Assembly: GCF_009914755.1 (NCBI RefSeq)
Contig: NC_060936.1
Length of the DNA: 64,000 nt
Origin: the human T2T-CHM13v2.0 reference genome, Homo sapiens
Strand: one strand, 5' to 3'
Below, piece after piece: positions 12,790-35,306 of the stretch. The notes below the pieces were generated by a model, which was not told the origin of the DNA, ran no database searches, and saw only the letters and a program-made list of their open reading frames with translations. How positions within the stretch are numbered: position 1 is the first letter of the stretch; each line of letters opens with the position of its first letter. Both the position numbers and the translations under genes were made by a program.

Positions 12790-13992
12790 GGAACCATATG
12801 GAGCCTAGCTGACTCTGAGTTGAGGAGATAGAGCTGTGAGTCTTGGGAGACAAAATCAGCTAGAGTTCACAGAGATTACTGGAGACGAGAAGCTGCATAG
12901 AGAGAGGGCAGGAGTATTCAGCAGAGTACTAATCAGCATTTGCTTATGAGGAAACTATCCAATCAAAGGGAAAGAAACATCCACAAAGATTAAAAGAAAC
13001 AGAAGCCACAGATCACGTGGGACTTGGAAAAGTGTCTGGTTTCAAAAGCCAGACTAGGAAATCTTACCATGCATAAGGACTTGTACTGTACTCAGAAAGC
13101 TCTTACCTCAGGAGTAGGGGATAATTAGTTCTTGACTAAATTCTGCTATGGTCCTGCCTTACTTACCTGAAAAGCAAGACTTAGAAAAAATAAAACCATT
13201 TCCAAGTAACCTGTGTCCCAGAACAAAGTTTGACAACATTTAAAATTCAAAAATACCAAGCAGTCAAAAAAGGTAAAATCTAAAAGTCTGTCATCCACTC
13301 AAAAATGACCAGCCACGCACAGAGGTACAAAAAAAGTCCTATAATGAAAATAAATTTAAAAATTGAAATTGATCCAGAATTCACACACATTAGCATTAGT
13401 AAACAAAGACATTAAATCAGTTATTGTGCCCATATCCCATGTATTTAAAAGGTGCTAGGAAAGATAAATTGAACATGTTAAACAGAAAAGTCAAAAATAT
13501 AAAAACAACCAAGGTTGAACACCTAGGGATGAAAACTACAATGTATGTAATGAAACAATACACTAGATAGGATCAATGTATTATATTCTCCAATGTATTG
13601 GAGAAAAGGAAGTATACTATTATAAGGTTTTAATACTATACGTGAAAGAGTATAATATTAATAGAAGGTAATTATTTACTTGAAAGTTATAGATGTGCAC
13701 TATATACTCAATCATCCACTATAATAATAAAAAGTTATAGCTAACAAGCCAAATAAGATGATACAATGAAATTATAAAATTTACTCAATCCAAAAGAACT
13801 CAGAAAAAAGAAGGGAAATGAATAAAGAACAAATGGGACTAATAGAAAACAAATAGCGAGATTAGTGATTTAAACTTAACCGCATAAGTAATCACATTAA
13901 ATCAAAGTCTAAATACTCCCATTAAAAGAGATGAAAAGATTAGATGAAACAGCAGAACCCAACTATTTACTCTTTAAGAAACCAACTATAAA
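12790..13992 (+). mobile_element. Old LINE-1 (L1M4/L1MC-MD class) 5' region through the start of ORF2; interrupted at 13992
   Basis: Degenerate 5'UTR/ORF1, then endonuclease-region sequence (aatcacattaaat...ctaaatactcccattaaaaga...cccaactat); resumes at 19429. Confidence 0.7.
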
Positions 13993-19411
<5,419 letters not shown>

Positions 19412-19428
19412 AAGAAATTAACTATAAA

Positions 19429-22670
<3,242 letters not shown>

Positions 22671-23450
22671 AGATTTTTTATAGAGCTAGAATAATCAAGA
22701 CTTACAGTACTGACATGAAGATAGATAAATAGATAAGTGGAACAAAATAAGGAATTAATAAATAGATCCACACATATATGGACAATTGACTTTCAACATA
22801 CCTATTAGAAACGCCAAAATTAAAAACACTTACTACACCAAGTGTTAGTGACAGTGATACTATGAAGGAAAAAGAAAAACTAGAAGTCTCATACACTCCT
22901 AGTGGGAATATGAAATAGAACAACCACTTTGAAAAGCTGTTTGGCAGTTTCTTAAAGCACTAAGCATAAACCTACCATATGATACAATCATTCTCCTCCT
23001 AGCAATTTTCCCAAAAGAAATGAAAACATATTTCTAGACAGACTAGTTAATGTTTATACCAGATTAGATAGATGATTGCTAGAGAGATGATAGATAGATC
23101 TACATGCACATACACATTTTAACTCAAAACTGGAAATAACCCAAATGGCCATCCACAGGTAAATAGATAAACAAATTTTGGCATAACTATACAATATAAT
23201 ACCACTGAGAAATGAAAATGAACTATTTATATTAGCAACAACATGGATGTTTCTCAAATAATTATTCTAAGTGAAAGAGGACAGATTCAGAGTGTATATT
23301 GTATTTTTCCATTTGCATGAAATTCTTTTAAAAAATGCAACATTATCTACAATAACTGATCAATGTGTAATAACAAATCAATGGTTGCCCGTGAATTGGG
23401 AACTAGGGTGACTGGGAAGAGTAGGGAGGAGGAATTTTTGAAAAAGAAGA
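22671..23450 (+). mobile_element. Old LINE-1 ORF2 end/3'UTR (continuation)
   Basis: tagagctagaataatcaaga...caaccactttgaaaagctgtttggcagtttctta...caacaacatggatgtttctcaaaataattattctaagtgaaag. Confidence 0.75.
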
Positions 23451-24759
23451 AAACAAGGAGAAAAAGTTATAACATTAATTCTCATGATCTAAGAAAATAA
23501 TTTCTTAAATGGAGAAAAATAAAGCAGAAATGAAATTTGAAAATTACTATTAAAATTGTGCTTTGATTTGAAAAGTCTTGAGTGTTTAGCAGTTTTAAGT
23601 CCAGCTATTTGTCTTTGTGCTTAATAGATGAGAAAATAGTGCCTTCCTTCAATTTATCTTAAATTTAGTGCTGATCAACTTTGAGAAGCATCCTTGTGTT
23701 CCTAGATTATAAGAAATGGCATGGAGTCATGGTTAACCTGAAATTTACTGACTGTAAAGTTTAACATAAATATAAAGGCAGAAAAACATCTAACAACTAG
23801 CAAGAAGTACATGTGAAGAGGTCATACCTCATTATACCTCTCTCAAACAGCTGTTACAAAACTCTCTCAATCAGACTATTAGTTACAGAGAGAACAGCTG
23901 TAAATTCACAAGAGTAAATCTTGGTAAGTATTTACCACACAGATGTCAGACTAGCTACACTGGAAGAGCTGATTTCACTGAGCAATTAGCCTATTTAGTC
24001 CAATTGGTTGTAGAATGGTTAACAGAGTTTACGTAGCATCACACACCAATAGCATCACTAGTAGCCTTTAAAAGTGAGGCTAATGAATAGTTTACCACAG
24101 TAACAATGCTGAGCATGCCCTACCTCACAGTGCCAAAAGAAAAAGAAAAATCATCCATCAGCTCACTGCCAGCTACCAGTAACAGCATCTGTGAAGGAAG
24201 ACTTCTGCTCCTTTGGAGAAAAAAAATCCAGAAAAAGTAAAAATGTAAGCATTCTCTAGGGAGCTTTGCACTAATGAGCCAGTGAAATTAAGCCCCAAAC
24301 AGTCCCGGGATACTGCCCATGAGCTGCAATGGAAGTTGGATGGATTTATAGCTGCTGAGTGAGGAAATGGTTTGGAAGAATTACACAGCAAATTGGCCTA
24401 GATCAGCTGGGCACAAAAGTCTGAAAAAAAAAATATAAAACCACAGATGGAGTCCTCCATGTAGAAACTCTAAGACCTGGCCAATTTTCAGCCATCTGAA
24501 TTCAGCCTCCTTGGTTTATAGACTCATTTTATTCAATCAGTGCTTCGGCACTGGTGAGAACGTTTCTCTGAATTGTTGATCTCATCTTCCACAAAGGGAA
24601 GAGACCCTTTCCATGGCCATGGGGACAGACAGAACTTTATTGCTAATGCTGCAGTTAAAACTAGGCACAAGCTAGACGCTGGTTCCTTAGATTTGCCATG
24701 CAAGAGTTTGCTGTCAGTCTATATTAGACTTTCTCCTGTATGAAATTTTTGTCTTTAAA

Positions 24760-25120
24760 TTTTTGAAATTCAAGCACAGTAAGAAATACATTTTATATCA
24801 TATACAGTGTCTACTCATATAGAAATGATTTTCAAAATATTTAATAACCACTGTGTAATGGGCATGAATCTATTAGAATAGGGCATTAACCAAAAAGAAC
24901 AAGGTATCAACCACATACGACTATATAACCACCATATAGATGCTGATTGGCTAAATTATAATGAAACAGAAGTTTTAGTACCATTCACATTATGAACAAT
25001 GTATTCATATGTTTTATTATTCTTTTTTTTGGTTTACATGCTGATCATGATCTATTAATTTGCTATTAAATTGCTTTCATGATCAGCTAATGCATCATGA
25101 CCTATAATTACAAAATCATT
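24760..25120 (+). mobile_element. Degenerate hAT-Charlie relic (Charlie4-like)
   Basis: cacagtaagaaatacattttatatc...taaattgctttcatgatcagctaatgcatcatgacc. Confidence 0.45.
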
Positions 25121-25185
25121 TCTCTTAACTATTTGGTCTTTTTTTTGTGTGTATGAGTCTCTGCTGATTCCAGGGCCACCTGGAC

Positions 25186-25271
25186 TTTATTTTATTTATT
25201 TTTTATTTATTATACTTTAAGTTCTGGAATACATGTGCAGGACGTGCAGATTTGTTACATAGGTATATGCG
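25186..25271 (-). mobile_element. Very short L1PA 3' end, antisense
   Basis: T-tail + ttatactttaagttctggaatacatgtgcaggacgtgcagatttgttacatagg. Confidence 0.85.
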
Positions 25272-25490
25272 TAAGTTACACATAAAATTTACCATTTTTA
25301 GTGTACACTTCAGTGGCATTAAGTGCATTCACAGTGTTGTACAGCCATCATCACCATCTATCTCCAGCACTTCTTCATTTTCCCTAACTGAAACTCCATA
25401 CCTGCTAAACAATAACTCCCCATTTCCCTCTTCCTCCAGTCCCTGACAACCCCCATTCTACTTTCTGTGTCTATGAACTTGGCAACTCTT
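25272..25490 (-). mobile_element. L1MB 3'UTR fragment, antisense
   Basis: cataaaatttaccattttt...cagtggcattaagtgcattcacagtgttg...ccattctactttctgtgtctatgaa. Confidence 0.8.
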
Positions 25491-26408
25491 GGTTTCTGTG
25501 GTTCATTTTTAATGCATAATGTTTCTAAGAAATAGGACAATAAAAACACATGTGAAGTGAAGGAAAGGTGAAGCTGGACAAGTAATGAGAGTACAATAGG
25601 ACAACTATCAAAATGCAAAGTTCTCTCATACTTACATATTACATTGTTAAACATCTTGTAGAAATATATTAAAGACCAGTGATAAAGAAATCTACTAAGC
25701 TACATGAGATACTAAAAATGTTCTATAGAATGTTATCTAAGATAATTGATTACATAATCTTTCAGAGGAAACACTAAATGCCAACAATTTTAATTCTCTA
25801 TTTTTCCTTCACTGGGCCAAGTGCCAATAGTTTGAACTCAGCAAGAAGCAGCACATCTTAGAATAGCTTTTAGCAAAGAAACAGAAGCATTAGAAAATAT
25901 AGCTTCCTTTATCCTCAGCTCTACTGGGCTTCTAATGACTAGTATCAAATATGCATATATGCTTTATTATCAACTTTTGTGATTAAAATGTAGTTTTTAC
26001 TTTTAAACTCATAGAACAGATAATAATAACATGTGGATGAAGAACAGTATCACAGAGTCTGTTTATATTACTCATAGCATATGTTTGGTTCTCTTTCTCT
26101 TCTCACAAAAATAATAATGTGCTGTTTATAGTTCACTTCTTAGCAGTGTATTTTTTCCACTTTTGAGAAGAAGTCACACTATAAGTGTTATTAACCATTT
26201 AGACTTTGTTCTTAAGCATCTTGATCCTATCTTGAGATCATGTTTGATAAAAATGATGAGAGGGGAGAGTGCTAAGACGAAAGTTAGAGCCCTTCCAAAA
26301 GGGCAAAGAACAAATCCCCTCTTAAGATAAGACTACTATCGAAGTCTCACCATAACCCTATAAGCAATCAGAAAATATATTCATATATACATTTAAAGGT
26401 GACAAACT

Positions 26409-26787
<379 letters not shown>

Positions 26788-27029
26788 TCACTGGTGTTCT
26801 GATCAAGTTCTTTCTCCTTCTGGGAGAGTATTAATCCTCCCATTTCTTTGAATAAAATCAAGTAAATCACATTGTCCACAAACACTGTCATTTGGAATGG
26901 TAAATGAATAACGGACATTTTTATATGACTAATAACTAACAAGATATTATATAATTAGTTGAAATGACACTTAAAAGACAAAAATATTTGAAGTAATAAA
27001 ATTAGTGATCAAGAGATAATATAATTAGT

Positions 27030-27165
27030 CATAGTAATGAATAATATATCCACTATCTATGTGCCAGATATAATGTTAATCACTTTTATGTACAATACCA
27101 CTTTTAATCTTCACCACAACCTTAGGAAGTTGGTAATATTCTTGGCTGAGAACTCTATTTTCAAG
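27030..27165 (-). mobile_element. MIR SINE fragment
   Basis: tatgtgccaga...ttttaatcttcaccacaaccttaggaagttggtaatatt. Confidence 0.6.
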
Positions 27166-27591
27166 TTTAAAAGTTCCTGAAGGAAGAATTTATATTTGGG
27201 ACCTTGCTTTCAGAAAATAAATTTGACAGCTTGATGCAATTTACATTTATTAAAGGGAAACTGAAGGTAAGAAAACTTGATTCAATAATGGAAATCAGAA
27301 AAACAAGAAAGAGATTTATTTGAACAATTGAATTAGTGTTCAGGGCCCAATACTGAAGGAGAAACACCTGAAAATATGGAGCAAATACTCAGGAAATTGG
27401 CCTATGAAAAGAATCAGGAAGTGATTTGCTACAACAGTGAAATCTATGATGTTTCAAAAGTATGGAGGTCATTAGCAATAATAGAGCTCAGAATTTTAGC
27501 AAAAAAGGAGCAAAAGCAGCAAAAAGAAGGAATGTTTAGATAGAAGAGAAGCAGGATAATACCAGGTACAGAAATAAATGGGAGATAGCTT

Positions 27592-27691
27592 GGAGAAGGA
27601 GATAGGTAGGCAACTATGTCAAATGCTTCAGAAAGCTAAGGAGAAGATAGAAGGTAGACAACTATGTCAAATGTTTCAGAAAGCTAAGGAG
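27592..27691. repeat. 48-bp tandem duplication within a probable L2 relic
   Basis: caactatgtcaaatg(c/t)ttcagaaagctaaggag occurs twice with period 48. Confidence 0.85.
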
Positions 27692-27889
27692 GACCTTTAT
27701 GGAGAAAAGTCCTTTGCTGACCTTCAAGAGAATATTTATAAGTCATAGGATCAAAAATAGTCTCCACATGGGGCAAAGAGAAAAAAGATAATGAGATGCC
27801 ATTTATCATTCTTCTAGAGTAAGATACTGCAAACACTTCAAAGATCACTGTAGTACATGTCAGTTGTAAAGAATGTCTAAGAGGAATCT

Positions 27890-29775
27890 CATTTTACAAT
27901 AGCTACAAGAAACTACCTAGGAATAAATTTAACCCAGGAGGTGGACTCTGCAGTGAACACTACAGAAAACTATAAAAGAAATGAAAGATGACACAAATAA
28001 ATAGAAGATATCCCATGTTCATGAATTGGAAGAATTAATATTGTTAAAATGTCAGTACTACCCATAGCAATCTACAGATTCAATGCAATCCTTATCAAAA
28101 TATTAATGTCATTATTTGCAGAAATAAAAGAAAATTATTCTAAAATTTGTATGGAACCACAAAAGAGACCAAGTATCCAAAGCAATCCTGAGCAAAAAGA
28201 ACAAAGCTGAAGGCATCACATTACATGACTTCAAAATATACTGCAAAGCTATATAGTAACCGAAACAGCATAGTACTGGTATAAAAACAGACACAAAGAA
28301 CAGAGAATCCAGAAATAATTCACATATTTACTGCCAGTTTATTTTTGACAAAAGCACCAAGAACATAAATGAAGAAAGAACACTCTCTTCAATAAATGGA
28401 TCTGGGAAAATTAAGTGTCTTATATGCAGAAAAATGAAACCAAACCCCTATCTCTCACCACATACAAAAATCTACTCAGTGTGGATTAAAGACTTAAATG
28501 TAAGCCATGAAGCTTTAAAACTACTAGAAGAAAGCATCGGGGTAATGCTTAAGGACATTGGTTGAGCCAAAGATTTTATGGGTAAGACTTCAAAACCACA
28601 GGCAACATAAGCAAAAATAGACAAATGGAACTATATCAAACTAAAATGGCTCTACACAGCAAAAGAAACAATCAATAGAATGATGAGATAACCTATAGAA
28701 TGGGAGAAAATATTTGCAAACTATTCATCCAACAAGGGTCTAATATCCAGAATATGCAAGGACCTCAAACAACTCTACAACAACAAAAAACAAATAAACC
28801 AACTTAAAAATGGGCAAAGGATCTGAATGGATCTTTCTCAAAAGAAGACATACAAATAGCCAACAAGTATACTTTTAAAAGCTCAATATCATTAATCATC
28901 AGAGAAATGCAAGTCAAAACCACAGTGAGATTTCATGTCACCCTGGTTATAATGGGTATTATCAAGAAAACAAAAACTAATTGCTGGTGACAATGTAGAG
29001 AAAGGGAACTCTTACACATCACTGGTGGGAATGTAAAAAGTATAGCCACTATTGAAAACAGTATGAAGGTTCCCCAAAAAACTGAAAATAGAGCTACCAT
29101 ATGATCCAGCAATCCCTCTGTTGGGTATTCATCCAAAGGAAAGAAAATCAGTATATCAAAGAGATATATGCACCCCCATGTTTATTGCAGCACTATGCAC
29201 AAAAGCCAAGATATGGAATCAACATAAATGTCCATCAATGGGTGAATGGATAAAGAAAATATGGTCCATATATGCAATGGAATATTATACAGCCACAAAA
29301 AGAAAGAAATTCTGTCATTCACAGGCACATGGATGAGCCTGGAAGACATGTTAAGTGAAATAAGTCAGGCACAGAAGGATAAATACTGCATGTTCTCACT
29401 CATATGAGGGAGCAAAAAGTGTTGAGGGCATAGAAGTGGAGAGTAGAACTGTGGTTATCAAGAGACTGGGAAGGGTAGAGGGGAGGTGATGATAAGAAGA
29501 GGTTAGGCAACAGATACAAAATTACTACAGCTAGATCAACAACACAGTAGGGTGACTTTAGTTAACAATAAGCTATTGTACATTTTCAAATAGCTAGAAG
29601 AGAGGATTTTGAATGTTCCCAACAGAAAGACAGGATAAATGTTTGAGGCAATGAATATAATAATTACTTTTATTTGATCATTACACATTGTATATATGTA
29701 TTGGAATATCACTCTATATTCCATAAATATGTGCAATTATTATATGGTAACAAAAAGAAAAAATTACTTAGAAAA
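27890..29775 (+). mobile_element. 5'-truncated LINE-1, L1MA4-6-like
   Basis: ORF2 3' half + L1MA 3'UTR; TSD-like aagaggaatc (27879) / aaaaggaatc (29775). Confidence 0.9.
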
Positions 29776-30687
29776 AAAGGAATCCTCAGAGGAATTCACT
29801 GGGTTGGTTATTTTTAGTGTCAGAGAGCTCCATGGGTGCATTGTTCAATACTGCAAGCAATATAATTTAAAACTCCTAGCTGTCTCTTAATAACAGTTTC
29901 TAGACAATGGGAAAAAACTGTTCTGTTTTTAAAGAATGAATAGCATAAACAAAATAGGTGTTTAATATTTTGTTCCTGTGGAGCATAGATCTGACCAATA
30001 CTTTATCCAAGGAATACAAAGGATAAATAAGACAAATTTAGAAAAATAAAAGATATATTAAATGACTGGCAATACTTACTAGTGAGCATGCCTGCTGTTT
30101 CTGCTTGAAAGCCAAAGTACTATTAGTTCAAACTCTCTGACTAGGGAAAAGCTGCCTTGGAATTCTAAGTGTACCATGCAATAGAATAGAAAATGTAAAA
30201 GAGAAATCATTGATGGCAATGTTATAAAATTAACTCTCTAGTTACACAAAACAATGTCTGGTTTCATTTAGGGTAGATAGATTTTATCCAGATTCTCTAA
30301 CCAACTTTGTTCTCAGCTTTAAGCACTGATGCTCTATTCCTTCTATATACACTAAACAAGAAGTTTCTATGATTAAGAGCAATATACTACAACAATAATT
30401 GTACAGCTTATGGATTAAAAATAGTCTAAATCCCCCTTTAGCATATATATTAACAGACTCCCTTATGCTGACATAATACTTGAACATAAACATCATTTTC
30501 TCTAAAATTGTATCCAACATGCTATTAGATAACTATAGTTCATTGATTTATTTAAATTAATATTTTTATTATTTTCTAAAGTCAGAAGCATAATAACTTC
30601 TTCTATGGCTAGTTAAATGAATTATTGAGAACTTTGCTATTATACATCACTGAAATAACAAAAATATAGTACATACTTCATAATAAA

Positions 30688-30766
30688 ATGGCACATGTAT
30701 ACATATGTAACTAACCTGCACGTTGTGCACATGTACCCTAAAACTTAAAGTATAATTTTAAAAAAA
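30688..30766 (+). mobile_element. Very short young L1PA2/3-like 3' end
   Basis: atggcacatgtatacatatgtaactaacctgcacgttgtgcacatgtaccctaaaacttaaagtataat. Confidence 0.9.
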
Positions 30767-30920
30767 TGACAATAGCTATAATTTATATATCACTCCATAT
30801 GTGCCAAGTGTTTACTCATCTTACATATGTTAATGCCTTTAACATTCATAGTAAGCCTACATGAAAAGCATTATTAATCCCATTATTATTACTCAGCAGA
30901 CTGAGGAGAGAAATAGTACT
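30767..30920 (-). mobile_element. MIR SINE fragment
   Basis: aatagctataattt...atgtgccaag...ttattaatcccatt...agactgagg. Confidence 0.6.
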
Positions 30921-31584
30921 TAATTCAGTGCATTTGTTCAAAGATTCCTAGTCAAAATTCTTATCTTCAACAGACAGTGTAGATTCTTGTGAGACCTGGA
31001 GTATCAGTTCACAGTTCTCATTCAAGTCAAGACAATAATATAATGGCTTCCTATACTTTAAAAGAACTTCAAGGCTCATATTTCTCTTTTATAAGTCTTC
31101 AAAATTTAACAAGCAATTGACATTAGTGTCCATTTCACTATTACTGTTGTTAACATTATTATGTCTATCTTTAAATATATGTCACTCATTATAAACATAT
31201 ATGTCAAGAACTTGCCATAAATGAAGACATTCTGGTTTATGCTGCTTTCTCAGCAATTCAAATTCAAGGAGACTTGAATTAGCTCAGCAAGCACTCTCTC
31301 CTTGATCATCTTCAAGAGAAAGGCAAAATAAGAGTACTTCAACTAGCTCCTACTGACAGACAAGTATGTGCTAATGCACCCAGGAAATGGATTAGGTAAA
31401 GTTCAAAGCAGACAATTGAGTTAGGAACTTCATTTTGTATTACAATGATTCTGGGTGACATGCATACAGTTTATCAACACTGTTGAGTCCAGTTAAGTTT
31501 CTATGAAACAAGTTTCTACAGCACTCTGTGGAATTATTACCTGGAATAAATTCTAACACCTCTGAAGCACTTTCTGGCTCCCAT

Positions 31585-31760
31585 TATTTTAAGCACTTTA
31601 TACCCATTATCTCATTTAAACCTGACATTAACCCTTTACAGCTATACCTGCTATTATTACTACTTTTCAAATGAGGAAAGTAAGGCACACAGAAGTTAGG
31701 TAATTTACCTAACATACACACCTCATAATCAAGAGAATCATGACCCAAAATAAGAAAATT
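31585..31760 (-). mobile_element. MIR SINE fragment
   Basis: cattatctcatttaaacct...ttttcaaatgaggaaagtaaggcacacagaagttaggtaatttacctaa. Confidence 0.8.
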
Positions 31761-33033
31761 TCAGAATTCCAATGGTATCTGGAAAGTCACCTATACCATT
31801 TCTATAGTATTTATACTTCTACATAAAAATAATCAAACATACTCTAAAACAGCAAAGCAAGCTTTGCTATACTTATTCATAATGAACAACAAGCTTAAAA
31901 CCATAATTAGTATACAGTATGAATGTTAACAGTATTCCTAGCCCAAAGTTAACAACTCTATTTTATCTGTCTAGAAAAGGGTATATGTCTGGTATTTACA
32001 AGTAATAAATATAACATATATTATAATCAAATTTTTTAGGATTATTTAATAATTATGTTTAAAATAAATGACATCTGAAGAAATGCTTTCTAATACATGG
32101 CACAATATTTACTCCCTAAATTGTTATTTTTCAAAATATATTAGCAGTTGGCACTTCTACAAACTGGTACCTGATAGCAATTAAGACCTGTGCCACACAC
32201 CAGTGAGATTCTGTACATTACCTCATTCGTGATCCAATTTTTTTAAATTCAAAAGCCCAAATTTCAATAAATATTAACATCATGCCATACTATATTTACA
32301 ATATATTTATATTTTTCATTGTAAACAAAAATGCACTTAAAGTACATTTTGAATTTTTGCCAAGTAAATGTTTTCAAAAGATTCATTGTCCATTGCCCAA
32401 ATGTTAAACTCTGGTAACACTAATTAATATAGTGGCAGATATGATCATAGTAACACCATGGCTGTGTTAAGTAATTCCTTTGTGCAGGGTATGTTCCTCA
32501 AGATGCCCTAAACAATCCTCTTTTGAATTTCCAGAATGAATATATACCTGCAGAAACAGGACCTATATTTAGTAGATTAATGTGGAAATGGCAACTTATT
32601 TAATTGTAACTTCTAAGAATATAGAGATATCAATAACTGGAACTCACTAATACATCTTAATATGATGATATTCTATTCCTAGAGCCCTGAGCTGAGATGA
32701 TAAGATTTCACCCTAAATTTCTGATGGTTTCATCTTGATGAAATTAACAAATTAAACTAATAAATCAAATTGTTTATTATGTGACTCAGAAACACATAAC
32801 ACTAACTACAAACATATCTCACCTTAGTCCCTACAATCAAAACACAGAGAGAAAATAATGGAAGGTAACAACAAACTATTAAGATTTGTTACTTGAGTGT
32901 GAGGGATGGAGAGGGTAAAGAACATAACTAGTCTTCCCCACATTGTGTTGTGTCTTTGCAGAGGACATGTATGATTTTTACTTTTGTATTTTATATGCTT
33001 ATATAAATGTATACCAGTTAGAAAAATTGCATA

Positions 33034-35306
33034 TGATATTGTTTGGCTATGTCCCCACTGAAATCTCATCTTGAATTCCCAGGTGTTGTGGGAGGCACCC
33101 AGTGAAAGGTAACTGAATCATGGGGTCAGGTCTTTCCCATACTCTTCTTGTGATAACTAATGAGTCTCACGAGATCTGATGTATTTTAAGGGGGAGTTTC
33201 CCTGCACAAGCTCTCTTCTCTTGTCTGCCTCCATGTAATATGTGCCTTTCACCTTCTTGCATGATTGAGAGGGCTCTCCAACCACACGGAACTGTAAGTC
33301 CAAGTCTTTCTTTATAAATTTCCCAGTCTTGGGTATGTCTTTATCAGCAGTGTGAAAACAGACTAATACCATAAATTGATACCGGTAGAGTGGGGCACTG
33401 CTGAACAGATACCCAAAAATGTGGAAGTGACTTTGGAACTGGGTAACAGCACGGGGTAGAATTGTTTGGAGGGGTCAGAAGAAGACAGAAAAATGTGGGA
33501 AAGTTTGGAACTTCCTAGAGACTTGTTGAATGGCTTTGTCCAAAATGCTGATAGCAATATAGACAATAAAGTCCAGGCTGAGGTGGTCTCAGATGGAGAT
33601 GAGGAACTTGTTGGGAACTGGAGCAAAGGTGATGCTTGTTATGTTTTAGCAAAGGGACTGGTGGCATTTTGCCCCTGCCCTAGAGATTTGTGGAACTTTG
33701 AACTTGAGAGAGATGATTTAGGGTAACTGGTGGAAGAAAATGCTAAGCAGCAAAGCCTTCAAGAGGTGACTTGGGTGCTGTTAAAGGCATTCAGTTTTAT
33801 AAGGGAAGCAGAGCATAAAAGTTTGCAAAATTTGTAGCCTGATAATGCGATAGAAAAGAAAATCCCATTCTCTGAGGAGAAATTCAAGCCAGCTGCAGAA
33901 ATTTCCATAAGTAACAAGGAGCCAAATGTTAATCCCCAAAACAATGGCGAAAATATCTCCAGGGCATGTCAGACGTCTTCATAGCAGGACCTCCCATTAC
34001 AGGCCAGGAGGTCTAGGAGGAAAAAGTGGTTTTGTGGGCTGGGCCCAGGTTCCTCATGCTGTGTGCAGCCTAGGGACTTGGTGTACTGTGTCCCAGCTGC
34101 TCCAGCCGTGGCTGAAATGCGCCAATGTAAAGCTCAGGCCATGGTTTCAGAGGGTGCAAGCCTCAAGCCTTGGCAACTTCCATGTGGTGTTGAGCCTGAG
34201 AATGCACAGAAGTCAAGAATTGAAGTTTGGGAACCTCTGCCTAGATTTCAGAAGATGTACGGAAGTGCCTGGATGTCCAGGCAGAGGTTTACTGCTGGGC
34301 TGGGGCTCTTATGGAGAACCTCTGCTAGGGCAGTGTGGGAGGGAAACATGAGGTCAGAACCCCCACACAGAGTCCCTACTGGGGCACCACCTAATGGAGC
34401 TGTGAGATGAGGGCCACCATCCTCCATACCCTAGAATGGTAGATCCACTGATAACTTGCACTGTGCACCTGGAAAAGTCACAGACACTCAACACTAGCCC
34501 ATGAAAGCAGCCAGGAAGGAGGCTGTACCTTGCAAAGCCACAGGAGTGGAGCTGCCCAAGACCATGGGAACCCACCTCTTGCATCGGCGTGACCTGGATA
34601 TGAGACATGGAGTCAAAGGAGATCATTTTGGAGCTTTAAGATTTGACCGCCCCACTGGATTTCGGACTTGCATGGGGCCTGTAGCCCCTTTGTTTTGGCC
34701 AATTTCTCACATTTGGAATGGCTATATTTACCCAATGCCTGTAACCCCATTGTATCTAGGAAGTAACTAACTTGCTTTTGATTTTACAGGCTCATAGGCA
34801 GAAGGGACTTGCCTTGTCTCAGATGAGAACTTGGACTATGGATATCTGAGTTAATGCTGAAATTAGTTAAGACTTTGGAGGACTATTGGGAAGGCAAGAT
34901 TGGTTTTCAAATGAAAAAGGATGTGAGACTTGGAAGGGGCCAGGGGCAGAATGATATGGTTTGTCTGTGTTCCCACTGAAATCTCATCTTGAATTCCCAC
35001 GTTGTGGGAGGGACCCAGTGAAAGGTAATTGAATCATGGAGGCAGGTCTTTCCCATGCTGTTCTTGTGACAGTGAATGAGTCTCATGAGATCTGATGATA
35101 TTATAAGGGTGAGTTTCCCTGCACAAGCTCTCTTCTCTTGTCTGCCACCATGTGAGACATGCCTTTCACCTTCTGCCATGATTATGAGGCCTCCGCACCA
35201 AATGGTCAATAAACCTCTTTTCTGTAAGTCCAATAAACCTTTTTTCTTTGTAAATTTCCCAGTCTCGGGTATGTCTTTATCAGCAGCATGAAAATGGACT
35301 AATACA
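33034..35306 (+). mobile_element. Full-length THE1C MaLR provirus (5'LTR 33034-33370, internal 33371-34951, 3'LTR 34952-35306)
   Basis: Two homologous LTRs (tgatat..tttg...gactaatac) sharing private variants (ccactgaaatctc, cccagtgaaaggtaa); THE1-int sequence; PPT ggaaggggccaggggcagaa; degenerate 5-bp TSD gcata/gtaca. Confidence 0.95.

Noticed and set aside
27592-27691. Repeated ~48-bp unit as a CRISPR-like array
   Set aside because: Only two adjacent copies, no spacers, eukaryotic context.
33466-34770. Cluster of overlapping ORFs (86-141 aa)
   Set aside because: These are fragments of the THE1 internal ORF broken by stops and frameshifts; no intact product.
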